A stretch of 57,061 nucleotides of DNA from Acidimicrobiia bacterium. GTDB taxonomy: Bacteria > Actinomycetota > Acidimicrobiia > Spongiisociales > JAOTWH01. Position numbers and translations under genes: made by a program. The notes under the pieces are model-generated. The model searched no databases. It had not been told where the DNA came from and saw nothing but the letters and a program-made list of their open reading frames with translations. Positions 46,282 through 54,492 of the stretch are shown here, one piece after another (within the stretch, counting starts at the first letter, position 1; every line of letters starts with the position of its first letter). The stretch lies in contig JAZFSG010000009.1 in NCBI GenBank assembly GCA_036446035.1, forward strand, positions 1 to 57,061, in the 5' to 3' direction.

Positions 46282-47694
46282 TTATCGGCCGCCGATGGGA
46301 GCTGCTTGAGCGGGTTGCACCGTGGGGAGGGTGACTTCTTCGACGAACTTCTCCAGCTGTCGCAAGTTGCGCACCTCGAATACTCGCCGACAGTGGGGCG
46401 CATACTCCCCCATCACGGAATCTCCCGTGTCCCAATAGCGCCGAGGCTCGGGGTTGAGCCAGTAGACGGCCTTGGCTGCGTCGGCGATGCGAGCGAGCGC
46501 CGGGGCGTTCGAGTCGTGATAGTTGCTTCGAGCGTCACCGGTAACGATGACGACGCTGCGCGAGGTGACATCGGACAGAAAGCCCTCGATGAACTGATCC
46601 AATGCATTGCCGTAGTCCGAGTGGCCGTCAAGCCAGACGACCCTGGCTTCGGAGCTGATCCGGGCGGCGGCAACCGAGACATCCGTCCCTGGACCGAAGA
46701 AGCGGGTCACCTCATCGAGAGCGTCGATGAAGGCGAAGGCACGAACCCTGGAGAACTGATGGCTCATCGCATAGATGAACTGCAGCGTGAACCTGGCGAA
46801 GGTCGCCATCGAACCGCTGATGTCACACAACAGGATCAGGTCAGGCCGCGACGGGTTGGGCGTCCGCCACTGCGGTTCCAGCGGAATCCCACCGTACGAA
46901 AGCGAGCGCCGAATCGTTGAACGAACGTCGAGCCGGCCCCTACGGCGCTGTCTCCGGCGGCGCCCGAGACGCGTTGCCAGCCGCCGAGTCAGCGGATGCA
47001 GCACCCGCTCAACTTCCCTTAGCTCCGACCTCGTTGCTCGAGTTAGGTCAATGTCCTCGGCCAGCGGTCGCCGCAGAGTTCGGGCGACGGCCGCGACACC
47101 TCGGTCGGCAACGAGACGGCGCCGGATCTCGGCCCGGATCAGCTGCCGCAACTGCTCGCCTCGGCCGTGCAGGTCCTCGGACGCCAGGCGGCGCTGCAGC
47201 GGGTCCATCTCTGGGGCCAGATCGCTCAACAGCGCCTCGATGACGCCTTCGGCGTCTAGCTGGCGCAGCACCCGGTACAGGTAATAGGTGCCGCCTACCG
47301 GCCTCCCAGGCTCCATCCCCGAATAGTTGTCGACCGCCCTCCTGGCGATGGCCGCCAGCAGTGCCTCATCGTGGTCCCGGAGGGCGCGGTACAGGGCGGC
47401 GCCGAGATCGTCATCCTCTCCCCCAGATGCTCCCGCCGCCATCGCGACCGCCAGCGATGCATCCGGCAACGACGCCGGGGACTCCATCCCGAAGAACACC
47501 TCGAAAGCGGTTTCGAATGCTTCGTGGTGACGGACGTTCTTGACGAGGGTCGCTCCGAGGGTCGCTCGCAGCAGCCGACGATTCGCCAACCCCGTCACGG
47601 CGACGGCGTTGGCAGCGTCGATGGCCTCGACCATCGATACCGGCAGTCCGGCAGCCCTCAGCTCATCGACGAAGGCAAGAAGGACATCACGCAT
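46282..47694 (-). CDS. VWA domain protein, CoxE-like
   Basis: LLCDISGSMATFARF (MIDAS DxSxS) in the C-terminal VWA domain, with a long helical N-terminal region as in CoxE-type proteins. Confidence 0.75.
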   Translation of the reverse strand: MRDVLLAFVDELRAAGLPVSMVEAIDAANAVAVTGLANRRLLRATLGATLVKNVRHHEAFETAFEVFFGMESPASLPDASLAVAMAAGASGGEDDDLGAALYRALRDHDEALLAAIARRAVDNYSGMEPGRPVGGTYYLYRVLRQLDAEGVIEALLSDLAPEMDPLQRRLASEDLHGRGEQLRQLIRAEIRRRLVADRGVAAVARTLRRPLAEDIDLTRATRSELREVERVLHPLTRRLATRLGRRRRQRRRGRLDVRSTIRRSLSYGGIPLEPQWRTPNPSRPDLILLCDISGSMATFARFTLQFIYAMSHQFSRVRAFAFIDALDEVTRFFGPGTDVSVAAARISSEARVVWLDGHSDYGNALDQFIEGFLSDVTSRSVVIVTGDARSNYHDSNAPALARIADAAKAVYWLNPEPRRYWDTGDSVMGEYAPHCRRVFEVRNLRQLEKFVEEVTLPTVQPAQAAPIGGR

Positions 47695-48559
47695 CCGACG
47701 CTTGCAACGCCTTCGAGGCCGTCTCGATGTCCGACTGATGCTTGAGCAACACTCCGAGGGTGTCCGTCACAGCACCGTCCGAGATATGTTCGACTCCGAG
47801 CGCTACCAGTGTGCGCGCCCAGTCGATCGACTCCGAGATCGAAGGGGCCTTGCGAAGGTCGAGGCCACGCATGCTGCGAACCACCCGGGCGGCCTCAAGG
47901 GCCAGAGCGGTGGCGAGCTCCGGGACCCGACGCTGCAGTATCTCTTGCTCTCGCTCGAGGGTTGGGTAGTCGAGATGAAGGAAGAGGCAGCGCCTCTTGA
48001 GTGCCTCCGACAGATCGCGGGTGTTGTTCGACGTGAGCACGGTGAGCGGGACAGACGTCGCCGAAATCGTGCCCAGCTCCGGAATCGTTACCTGGAACTC
48101 GGCAAGCAGCTCGAGCAACAGTGCCTCTGTCTCGATCTCTAGACGGTCGACCTCGTCGACCAGCAGCACCACGGGTTCGGGTGACGTGATCGCCTCCAAC
48201 AGTGGACGCGGCATGAGAAAGGCCTCACCGAAGATGTCCCCCTCGACGTCCTCCCACGACTTGCCCTGATCCGACTGCAGGCGAAGCAACTGTTTTCGAT
48301 AGTTCCACTCGTAGAGGGCCTTTGCTTCGTCGAGCCCTTCATAGCACTGGAGACGAATCAGCCGCCGGTCACTCATGGCAGCGATGGCCAACGCCAATTC
48401 GGTCTTGCCGACCCCGGCCGGACCCTCGACCAGAAGTGGCTTCTCTAGCTCTTGGGCTAGGAACACGACCTGGCTGATCTCTTCCGAGGCCAGGTAGCCA
48501 GTGGCATCGAGAGCCTTGCCGACTGCAGCCGGCCCATCGAAGGAGGGCTGGCTAGCCAC
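47687..48559 (-). CDS. MoxR-family AAA+ ATPase (CoxD-like)
   Basis: LLVEGPAGVGKTELA Walker A, VLLVDEVDR Walker B. 8-bp overlap with the VWA gene. Confidence 0.8.
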   Translation of the reverse strand: MASQPSFDGPAAVGKALDATGYLASEEISQVVFLAQELEKPLLVEGPAGVGKTELALAIAAMSDRRLIRLQCYEGLDEAKALYEWNYRKQLLRLQSDQGKSWEDVEGDIFGEAFLMPRPLLEAITSPEPVVLLVDEVDRLEIETEALLLELLAEFQVTIPELGTISATSVPLTVLTSNNTRDLSEALKRRCLFLHLDYPTLEREQEILQRRVPELATALALEAARVVRSMRGLDLRKAPSISESIDWARTLVALGVEHISDGAVTDTLGVLLKHQSDIETASKALQASDA

Positions 48560-48949
48560 TCAGATCCCGGCACTCCACAGGTGCGCCAGCACGATGACGA
48601 CGCCGACGCCGCCGGACAAGGCCACCGTTCGCTGCCATTCCGGCAAGGTCCGCTGGATGAGGATCACAGCCAACAGCACGGCGGCACCAGCGATCACGGC
48701 TACCAGGACCGCTTGCGGCCACCCGTCGAAGATGTTGGCGAACAGGTCGGACGCCTCGATCTCGATGGCTGCGTCGTCTCGCTGGCTCTCGTAGACAGCC
48801 ATGCCTCCAGCGGCTACACCGACGCCGCCAAACAGGTCGAAGCCCCAGAATCGACCGCGCGCCTTCGGTCGTGCGATGAGTACCAGTGCTGCGAATGCAG
48901 CGAGGATCGCACCGGGCCAAAGGAGGAGTTCAGGCTCAAACACCGTCAC
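48560..48949 (-). CDS. Membrane protein (4 TM), hypothetical
   Basis: ORF 48560..48949, directly abutting the MoxR start. Confidence 0.5.
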   Translation of the reverse strand: MTVFEPELLLWPGAILAAFAALVLIARPKARGRFWGFDLFGGVGVAAGGMAVYESQRDDAAIEIEASDLFANIFDGWPQAVLVAVIAGAAVLLAVILIQRTLPEWQRTVALSGGVGVVIVLAHLWSAGI

Positions 48950-48952
48950 ATC

Positions 48953-50179
48953 CTACGTTCGGAACTCGAACACCATCGCACCAATCCGCACGTCGTCGCC
49001 GGGCTGGGCGCCGGCGTCTGCAAGGGCAGAGTCCACGCCGAGGCCCTCAAGTCGTTCCGCCACAACGTCGGCTGCCTCGGCAACGGTGAGGTCGTCGAGA
49101 GCGATGGCTCTCTCGACGTCGCGTCCCGTAACCACCCAGGTCGCACCTTCTCGATCGATGCGGAAGCGGGTAGCGATCGGCCTGTGGAGCTGGAATCCGG
49201 GGCGAGGAGGCGCCTCCTTGTGGGCAACGTCCACAGCGTCGGCGATGGCATGCAGCAACGCCGGTAGTCCGACGCCACTGACGGCGGACACGACGTGCCC
49301 GTCTGGGAGGTCTGTCGGGTCGGCTACGAGATCGGCCTTGGAGATGACCACCAGCGACGGGCGCTGCGAGAGATCCTCCGAGTAAGCCGCAAGCTCACGG
49401 CGCAGGGTCGTCAACTGGTCGGGCACGGCAACAGTTTGCAGTGGCGACGGGTCGAGCAGGTAGATGATGATCCTGGACCGCTCGATGTGCCGAAGGAACT
49501 CGTGTCCCAGGCCCTTACCCTCGGCAGCCCCTTCAATCAGGCCCGGGATGTCGGCGAGCACGAAGACGCGATCGTCGATGGAGACGACGCCGAGGTTGGG
49601 GGTTAGCGTCGTGAACGGATAGTCGGCGATCTTGGGACGCGCCGCAGAAACGGCCGCGATGAGCGTGCTCTTGCCGGCGTTGGGAAAGCCAACGAGGGCA
49701 GCATCCGCAACCAGCTTGAGCTCGAGATTGAGGACACGCTCCTCACCGAACTCGCCCTGCTCGGAATACGACGGTGCACGGCGCGCCCTGCTCACAAAGG
49801 CAGCATTACCCATTCCGCCACGACCGCCCTTGCCGACGCTGATGCGTTGCCCGGCAGAGACCAGGTCGGCGAGCAGGGTGCCGTCCTCCTCACTGACCAC
49901 GGTGCCGAGCGGGACGCCAAGCACCAAGTCATCGCCAGTTCGACCGTGACGGAGCTCGCCTTCTCCGTGCCCGCCGGAACCAGCCTGATAATGAGGTTGG
50001 CGTTCATAGCGCAGCAGCGTCGAGACATCTGGATCTGCCTCGAGGTAGACGTTGCCTCCGCTTCCGCCCGATCCACCATTCGGTTTACCGCGCGGCTTGC
50101 CCTTTCGACGCTGGAACGATGAGACTCCGGCGCCGCCGGCGCCGCCACGCACCACGATGCGGGTCCGGTCGACGAACAT
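48953..50179 (-). CDS. obg: GTPase Obg/CgtA
   Basis: MFVDRTRIVVRGGAGGAG Obg fold, GFPNAGKST, C-terminal OCT-like domain. Start at ATG 50179. Confidence 0.9.
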   Translation of the reverse strand: MFVDRTRIVVRGGAGGAGVSSFQRRKGKPRGKPNGGSGGSGGNVYLEADPDVSTLLRYERQPHYQAGSGGHGEGELRHGRTGDDLVLGVPLGTVVSEEDGTLLADLVSAGQRISVGKGGRGGMGNAAFVSRARRAPSYSEQGEFGEERVLNLELKLVADAALVGFPNAGKSTLIAAVSAARPKIADYPFTTLTPNLGVVSIDDRVFVLADIPGLIEGAAEGKGLGHEFLRHIERSRIIIYLLDPSPLQTVAVPDQLTTLRRELAAYSEDLSQRPSLVVISKADLVADPTDLPDGHVVSAVSGVGLPALLHAIADAVDVAHKEAPPRPGFQLHRPIATRFRIDREGATWVVTGRDVERAIALDDLTVAEAADVVAERLEGLGVDSALADAGAQPGDDVRIGAMVFEFRT

Positions 50180-50193
50180 AGCTGGAGAGGTCG

Positions 50194-50445
50194 TTAGGCG
50201 GGGAGGACGTCGACCAGGCGCCGTCCACGACGGCTGCCGTACTTGACGACGCCGTCTGCCTTCGCATAGAGCGTGTCGTCCTTGCCCCGTCCGACGTTGC
50301 CGCCGGGGTGAATGCGAGTGCCGCGCTGACGAACGAGGATGGCACCGGCCGTGACGGTCTGACCCTCGAACACTTTGGGTCCAAGGCGCTTTGACTTCGA
50401 GTCGCGGCCGTTGCGCGTCGAGCCTCCGGCTTTCGTCTTTGACAT
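50194..50445 (-). CDS. rpmA: 50S ribosomal protein L27
   Basis: [12 protein letters not shown]...RQRGT. Confidence 0.92.
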   Translation of the reverse strand: MSKTKAGGSTRNGRDSKSKRLGPKVFEGQTVTAGAILVRQRGTRIHPGGNVGRGKDDTLYAKADGVVKYGSRRGRRLVDVLPA

Positions 50446-50921
50446 TACGCCTCCTTCTTCGTCTCAGGCGCTGCTGGCTTCTTAGCTGCTGGCTTCTTGG
50501 CGGCAGCCTTGGCCGCCGGCTTCTTGGCTGCGGCCGGCTTCTTGGCGTCCTTGTCGGCTGTCGCTTCGTCTGCTTTTTCGGCGGTGGCCTTGGGTTTGGC
50601 GGTCGCCTTGGGCTTGGTGCCACCGTCGATCTTGGTGACCTCGATGCGCGTGTACTTCTGGCGGTGCCCTTGGCTCTTGCGGTACCCGGTCTTGGCCTTG
50701 TGCTTGCGGACATCGATCTTGGGCCCCGCCGACGGGCCAAGCACCTTGGCCGTCACCGTCGCCGCGGCGAGGGAATCTCGGTCTGTCGTCACCTTGCCCT
50801 TGGGATCGACGATGAGCAAGGGAGTGAATGTGATCTCATCGCCCTTGACGCGCTCGACGTCGAGCACATCGCCTTCTTGGACTTTGGCTTGCTTACCGCC
50901 CGTGCGGATGATGGCGTACAT
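50445..50921 (-). CDS. rplU: 50S ribosomal protein L21 with a Lys/Ala/Pro-rich C-terminal extension
   Basis: [14 protein letters not shown]... core of about 100 aa, then about 58 aa of [10 protein letters not shown]...[38 protein letters not shown] overlap with rpmA. Confidence 0.9.
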   Translation of the reverse strand: MYAIIRTGGKQAKVQEGDVLDVERVKGDEITFTPLLIVDPKGKVTTDRDSLAAATVTAKVLGPSAGPKIDVRKHKAKTGYRKSQGHRQKYTRIEVTKIDGGTKPKATAKPKATAEKADEATADKDAKKPAAAKKPAAKAAAKKPAAKKPAAPETKKEA

Positions 50922-50953
50922 GATCCTCTGCCGAGTTGGGGGACGAAGGGATT

Positions 50954-52486
50954 CTAGCTGGCTGCAGCGCCAGCCTCTACAGCGGCTCCGTTGCGGGGCA
51001 CGGCCTCGCCGGATGTGGCTTCTTCCTCGAAAAGCACGACACCGCGGCCGCCGCAGTGCTTGCACACTTCGGAGAATGACTCGACCAGCCCGGCCGAGAC
51101 GTTCTTGCGGGTCATCTCGACCAGTCCGAGCTCGGAAACGTCGAAGACCTGGGTGCGAGTCCTGTCCTTGGCTAGATGCGATCGCAGCCGTTCCAGCACT
51201 TCGCGGCGGTTGGCAAGGATCTCCATATCGATGAAGTCGATCACGATGATGCCACCGATATCCCGCAGCCGTAGCTGGTGGGCGATCTCCTCGGCTGCCT
51301 CCAGGTTGTTCTGCAGGACAGTGTCTTCCAGATTGGAGTGTCCCACGAACTTGCCGGTGTTGACGTCGATGACGGTGAGGGCCTCGGTCCTTTCGATGAC
51401 GATGTGCCCTCCGGACGCCAGCCACACCTTGCGGTCAAGGGCTTTGCGGATCTGGTCGTCGACGTGGAATCGTTCGAAGAGCGATGTGTCTTCGGTGTAC
51501 AAGGTGACCTTGGAGGCGAGGTCGGGTTCTGTTCCGTTGAGATACTCCATGATCGTGTCATGGGTCTTGGGGGCATCGACAAGCAGGCGACGGAAGCTCC
51601 GGTTGAAGTGCTCGCGGATGACACGGATCACCAGCGTCGGCTCCTCATAGAGCGGTCGTGGTGCGCTCCCACCGTCCTTGGCCTTGCGGTCGATCTTCTC
51701 CCATGCCGCCTTTAGCCGATCCATGTCAGCCCGCAGGTCGTCTTCCGACGCCTCTTCGGCAGCCGTGCGAACGATGACCCCAAAGTCGGCGGGGCGGATC
51801 TTGGAAATGATGCTGCGAAGACGGTCGCGCTCGCTATCGGCCAGGCGCCGACTGATTCCTCGGATGTCGCCGCCGGGACTGAGCACGAGATAGCGACCCG
51901 CGAGACTGACGACCCCACTGAGCCGGGCTCCCTTGTGCCCCATCGGGTCCTTGGTGACCTGGACCATGACGTCGTCGCCAACCGAGAGTGCCTGCTCGAT
52001 GCGGCGGGGTCGCCCGCCCTTGGCGGTACGGACGTCGCTCACATAGAGCACGCCGTTCTTGCCAACACCGAAGTCCACGAAGGCCGCTTCCATCCCCGGA
52101 AGGACATTGCGCACCTTGCCGATGTAGACGTTCCCGACGAGGGATTCTTGATCGGACTTCGCTACGTAGTGCTCAACGAGCACCGGCCCTTCCATGATGA
52201 CGATCTGTACCTGATGAGGGAGGGTTCGCACAAGCATCTGCTTGCGGGCAGATGGAGGTGGCTCGACGAAGTCCGGTTGCGGCCTCTGCGGCCTGCCATC
52301 GGGGGAACCACGACGCCGCTTGCGGCGCGGCTCCTTGGGCTTAGTTGCAGCCGGTTGCCGTTGAGGCTGCTGGCGAACGCGTCGGATGGAGACTGACTCC
52401 CCATCGATGGTTCGCGTCTTGTGTTCCTCGGTGGCGGTGTCTCCGACCCCGCGCTTGATTACTTGCGCCTTTTTGCGACGAAACAT
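50954..52486 (-). CDS. rne: Rne/Rng-family ribonuclease (RNase E/G catalytic core)
   Basis: S1 domain GNVYIGKVRNVLPGMEAAFVDFG, DNase-I-like and zinc-link (CKHCGGRG) regions. ATG 52486 lies 9 nt after AAGGAG. Confidence 0.85.
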   Translation of the reverse strand: MFRRKKAQVIKRGVGDTATEEHKTRTIDGESVSIRRVRQQPQRQPAATKPKEPRRKRRRGSPDGRPQRPQPDFVEPPPSARKQMLVRTLPHQVQIVIMEGPVLVEHYVAKSDQESLVGNVYIGKVRNVLPGMEAAFVDFGVGKNGVLYVSDVRTAKGGRPRRIEQALSVGDDVMVQVTKDPMGHKGARLSGVVSLAGRYLVLSPGGDIRGISRRLADSERDRLRSIISKIRPADFGVIVRTAAEEASEDDLRADMDRLKAAWEKIDRKAKDGGSAPRPLYEEPTLVIRVIREHFNRSFRRLLVDAPKTHDTIMEYLNGTEPDLASKVTLYTEDTSLFERFHVDDQIRKALDRKVWLASGGHIVIERTEALTVIDVNTGKFVGHSNLEDTVLQNNLEAAEEIAHQLRLRDIGGIIVIDFIDMEILANRREVLERLRSHLAKDRTRTQVFDVSELGLVEMTRKNVSAGLVESFSEVCKHCGGRGVVLFEEEATSGEAVPRNGAAVEAGAAAS

Positions 52487-52704
52487 TGAAGAAATCTCCT
52501 TGTGATGCCCGGACGGGCGTGAGGTGGGCGGTGAGGTGGTCCCATCCCGCGAGTGGGCTGCCAGTGAACGTTCTGGACTCAACCACGAAAACTCCTGTGA
52601 CCTTGGACGACCTCATAAGGGCGTCCGGGCGGTAGCGGCGGGATGGGAACCGGTCAGAACCGGCCCATTGCTGCGATTGTAGCAGCTGTCATTCAGCTAT
52701 CGGA
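52487..52704 (-). promoter_or_regulatory. Long structured 5' leader of rne
   Basis: 218-nt non-coding gap. A 10-bp perfect long-range complement joins 52541..52550 and 52638..52647. CCACCTCAC occurs twice just upstream of the SD. Confidence 0.4.
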
Positions 52705-53304
52705 CTACGCCTCGAGTATCTCGAGCTTTTCCTGAGGCAGCTCCGCTGGGTCGTAGCAGCGACGGCACCGGGATTCGTAAGCATCCTGGGCCCCGATGAC
52801 GACGAGGTCGTCTGACGAGATGACCCTCTGGGTGAACATTCCTGGCCCGCCACAGCGGTGGCAAACGGCCAGAACCTTGTGCACGTACTCCGCCCGCGTC
52901 ATGAGCGTGGGAACCGGACCGAAGGGGCGACCCAGGTAGTCGAGATCGAGGCCCGCGGCGATGACGCGCTTGCCGCGAGCCGCGAGCCGCGCCGCCACCT
53001 CAACGAGGCCGTCGTCGAAGAACTGAGCCTCATCTATCCCGACGACGCTCGTCGATTCCCTGACGGCATTGAGAAGCATCTGTGAGTCAGCGACCGGCTG
53101 GGCGGCTACGGACAGGTGGCTGTGCGAAACGACCTCGGCCTCGGCGTACCTGTCATCTACCGCCGGCTTGAAGGTCTGCGTGGGGATCCGGGCGATTTGG
53201 AAGCGGGTCATCTGCCGGATCAGCTCTTCGCTCTTGCCGGAGAACATCGGGCCACAGATGACCTCGATCCAGCCCTCTTCACCTCTTCGTTGCATGCGGT
53301 GCAA
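52705..53304 (-). CDS. tdk: Thymidine kinase
   Basis: GPMFSGKSEELI P-loop and a C-terminal CxxC...CxxC zinc site. Confidence 0.9.
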   Translation of the reverse strand: MHRMQRRGEEGWIEVICGPMFSGKSEELIRQMTRFQIARIPTQTFKPAVDDRYAEAEVVSHSHLSVAAQPVADSQMLLNAVRESTSVVGIDEAQFFDDGLVEVAARLAARGKRVIAAGLDLDYLGRPFGPVPTLMTRAEYVHKVLAVCHRCGGPGMFTQRVISSDDLVVIGAQDAYESRCRRCYDPAELPQEKLEILEA

Positions 53305-53322
53305 CGGTACCAGCCTCCGCTG

Positions 53323-54492
53323 CTACAAGAGCCGTCGCTCGCCCGGGACCGGAGATCGGTGGATCCTGAAGGAGTGGGCCAGCCCGATAACCGCCATCAT
53401 CGCGATGAAGGAAGACCCTCCTTGGCTCATGAACGGCAACGGCAGCCCCGTCACCGGCAGCATGCCGACGGTCATTCCGATATTCACGAAGACGTGGAAT
53501 GCGACGAGTCCGGCTGCCCCTGCGGCGTACAGCCGGCCGAACCTGCTGTTGGCGGTCGCGGCGATCATGAGCAGGCGCCACACGATGACAGCGAACAGGC
53601 CGATGACAATGGCTGCCCCCAGGAATCCGAGCTGCTCACCGACGGCAGTGAAGATGAAGTCCGTCGTCTGATGAGGCACGAAGCTCAGGTTGGTCTGATC
53701 CCCCTCGAAAAGCCCCTTCCCGAGAAGGCCACCGGACCCGATGGTGAGCTTGCTTTGCAGCTGGTTGTAGTTGAGGGTCAGCTGATCTGCGGCCGGGTCG
53801 AGGAAGGCGGTCAGGCGAGCGATCTGGTAGTCCTTGAAGGCGAAGAGCCCTGCCTGCATCGCAACCAGAAGACCGGCCGCCCCCACTAACAAGATGCCCC
53901 CGAGCTGTCGAAGGCTGGCTCCGGCCATGAAGAGCAAGAGCGGGGCGATGAAGAGGAATACGATCGTCGTCCCTAGGTCGGGCTGGATGGCAACGAGAGC
54001 GGCCAGCGGGAGCATCACAGCGATCGTCTGGACGATGCGCCGCCACGGCAGCTGCTCGTCCGGGTCAGAGCCAAGTAGCGCAGCCAGCGACAGTATGAGC
54101 GCCGGCTTGGCCAGCTCCGACGGCTGCAGCTGGAAGCTTCCGAGCTGGAGCCATCTCTGCGCTCCCCGAACCTCGGTACCGATCGGCGTCAGGACCAACA
54201 GCAGAAGAACCATCACCGCCAGGTAGGTGATGGGCGCTACCAGGCGCATCGGGCGCTCCTCGAGGAGCGATGTGGCCGTGAATACGCCGGCGCCAATGAG
54301 AATGAACACCAGCTGCCGCTGGGCATCTGGCGAGCTGCCGATCCCGAGTTGAGTAACGCTGTCGATCGACGCCGAGAAGATCATGAGCAAGCCGAGGGCG
54401 GCCAGCGCCGTTACGGAGCCGACGAGTACGAAGTCGGGACGCATGGTCCCATGCCTGGCCCGCGATACCGGAGCACCGACGACGATGTCCAT
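53323..54492 (-). CDS. rodA: FtsW/RodA/SpoVE-family (SEDS) protein, RodA by context
   Basis: Polytopic SEDS family, immediately downstream of PBP2 and mreCD. Confidence 0.85.
   Translation of the reverse strand: MDIVVGAPVSRARHGTMRPDFVLVGSVTALAALGLLMIFSASIDSVTQLGIGSSPDAQRQLVFILIGAGVFTATSLLEERPMRLVAPITYLAVMVLLLLVLTPIGTEVRGAQRWLQLGSFQLQPSELAKPALILSLAALLGSDPDEQLPWRRIVQTIAVMLPLAALVAIQPDLGTTIVFLFIAPLLLFMAGASLRQLGGILLVGAAGLLVAMQAGLFAFKDYQIARLTAFLDPAADQLTLNYNQLQSKLTIGSGGLLGKGLFEGDQTNLSFVPHQTTDFIFTAVGEQLGFLGAAIVIGLFAVIVWRLLMIAATANSRFGRLYAAGAAGLVAFHVFVNIGMTVGMLPVTGLPLPFMSQGGSSFIAMMAVIGLAHSFRIHRSPVPGERRLL

Noticed and set aside
50180-50740. Arg/Pro-rich 187-aa N-terminal extension of the Obg ORF, looking like a basic repeat protein
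   Set aside because: It runs across rpmA and the Lys-rich tail of rplU in another frame. The conserved Obg N-terminus MFVDRTRIVV starts at 50179.
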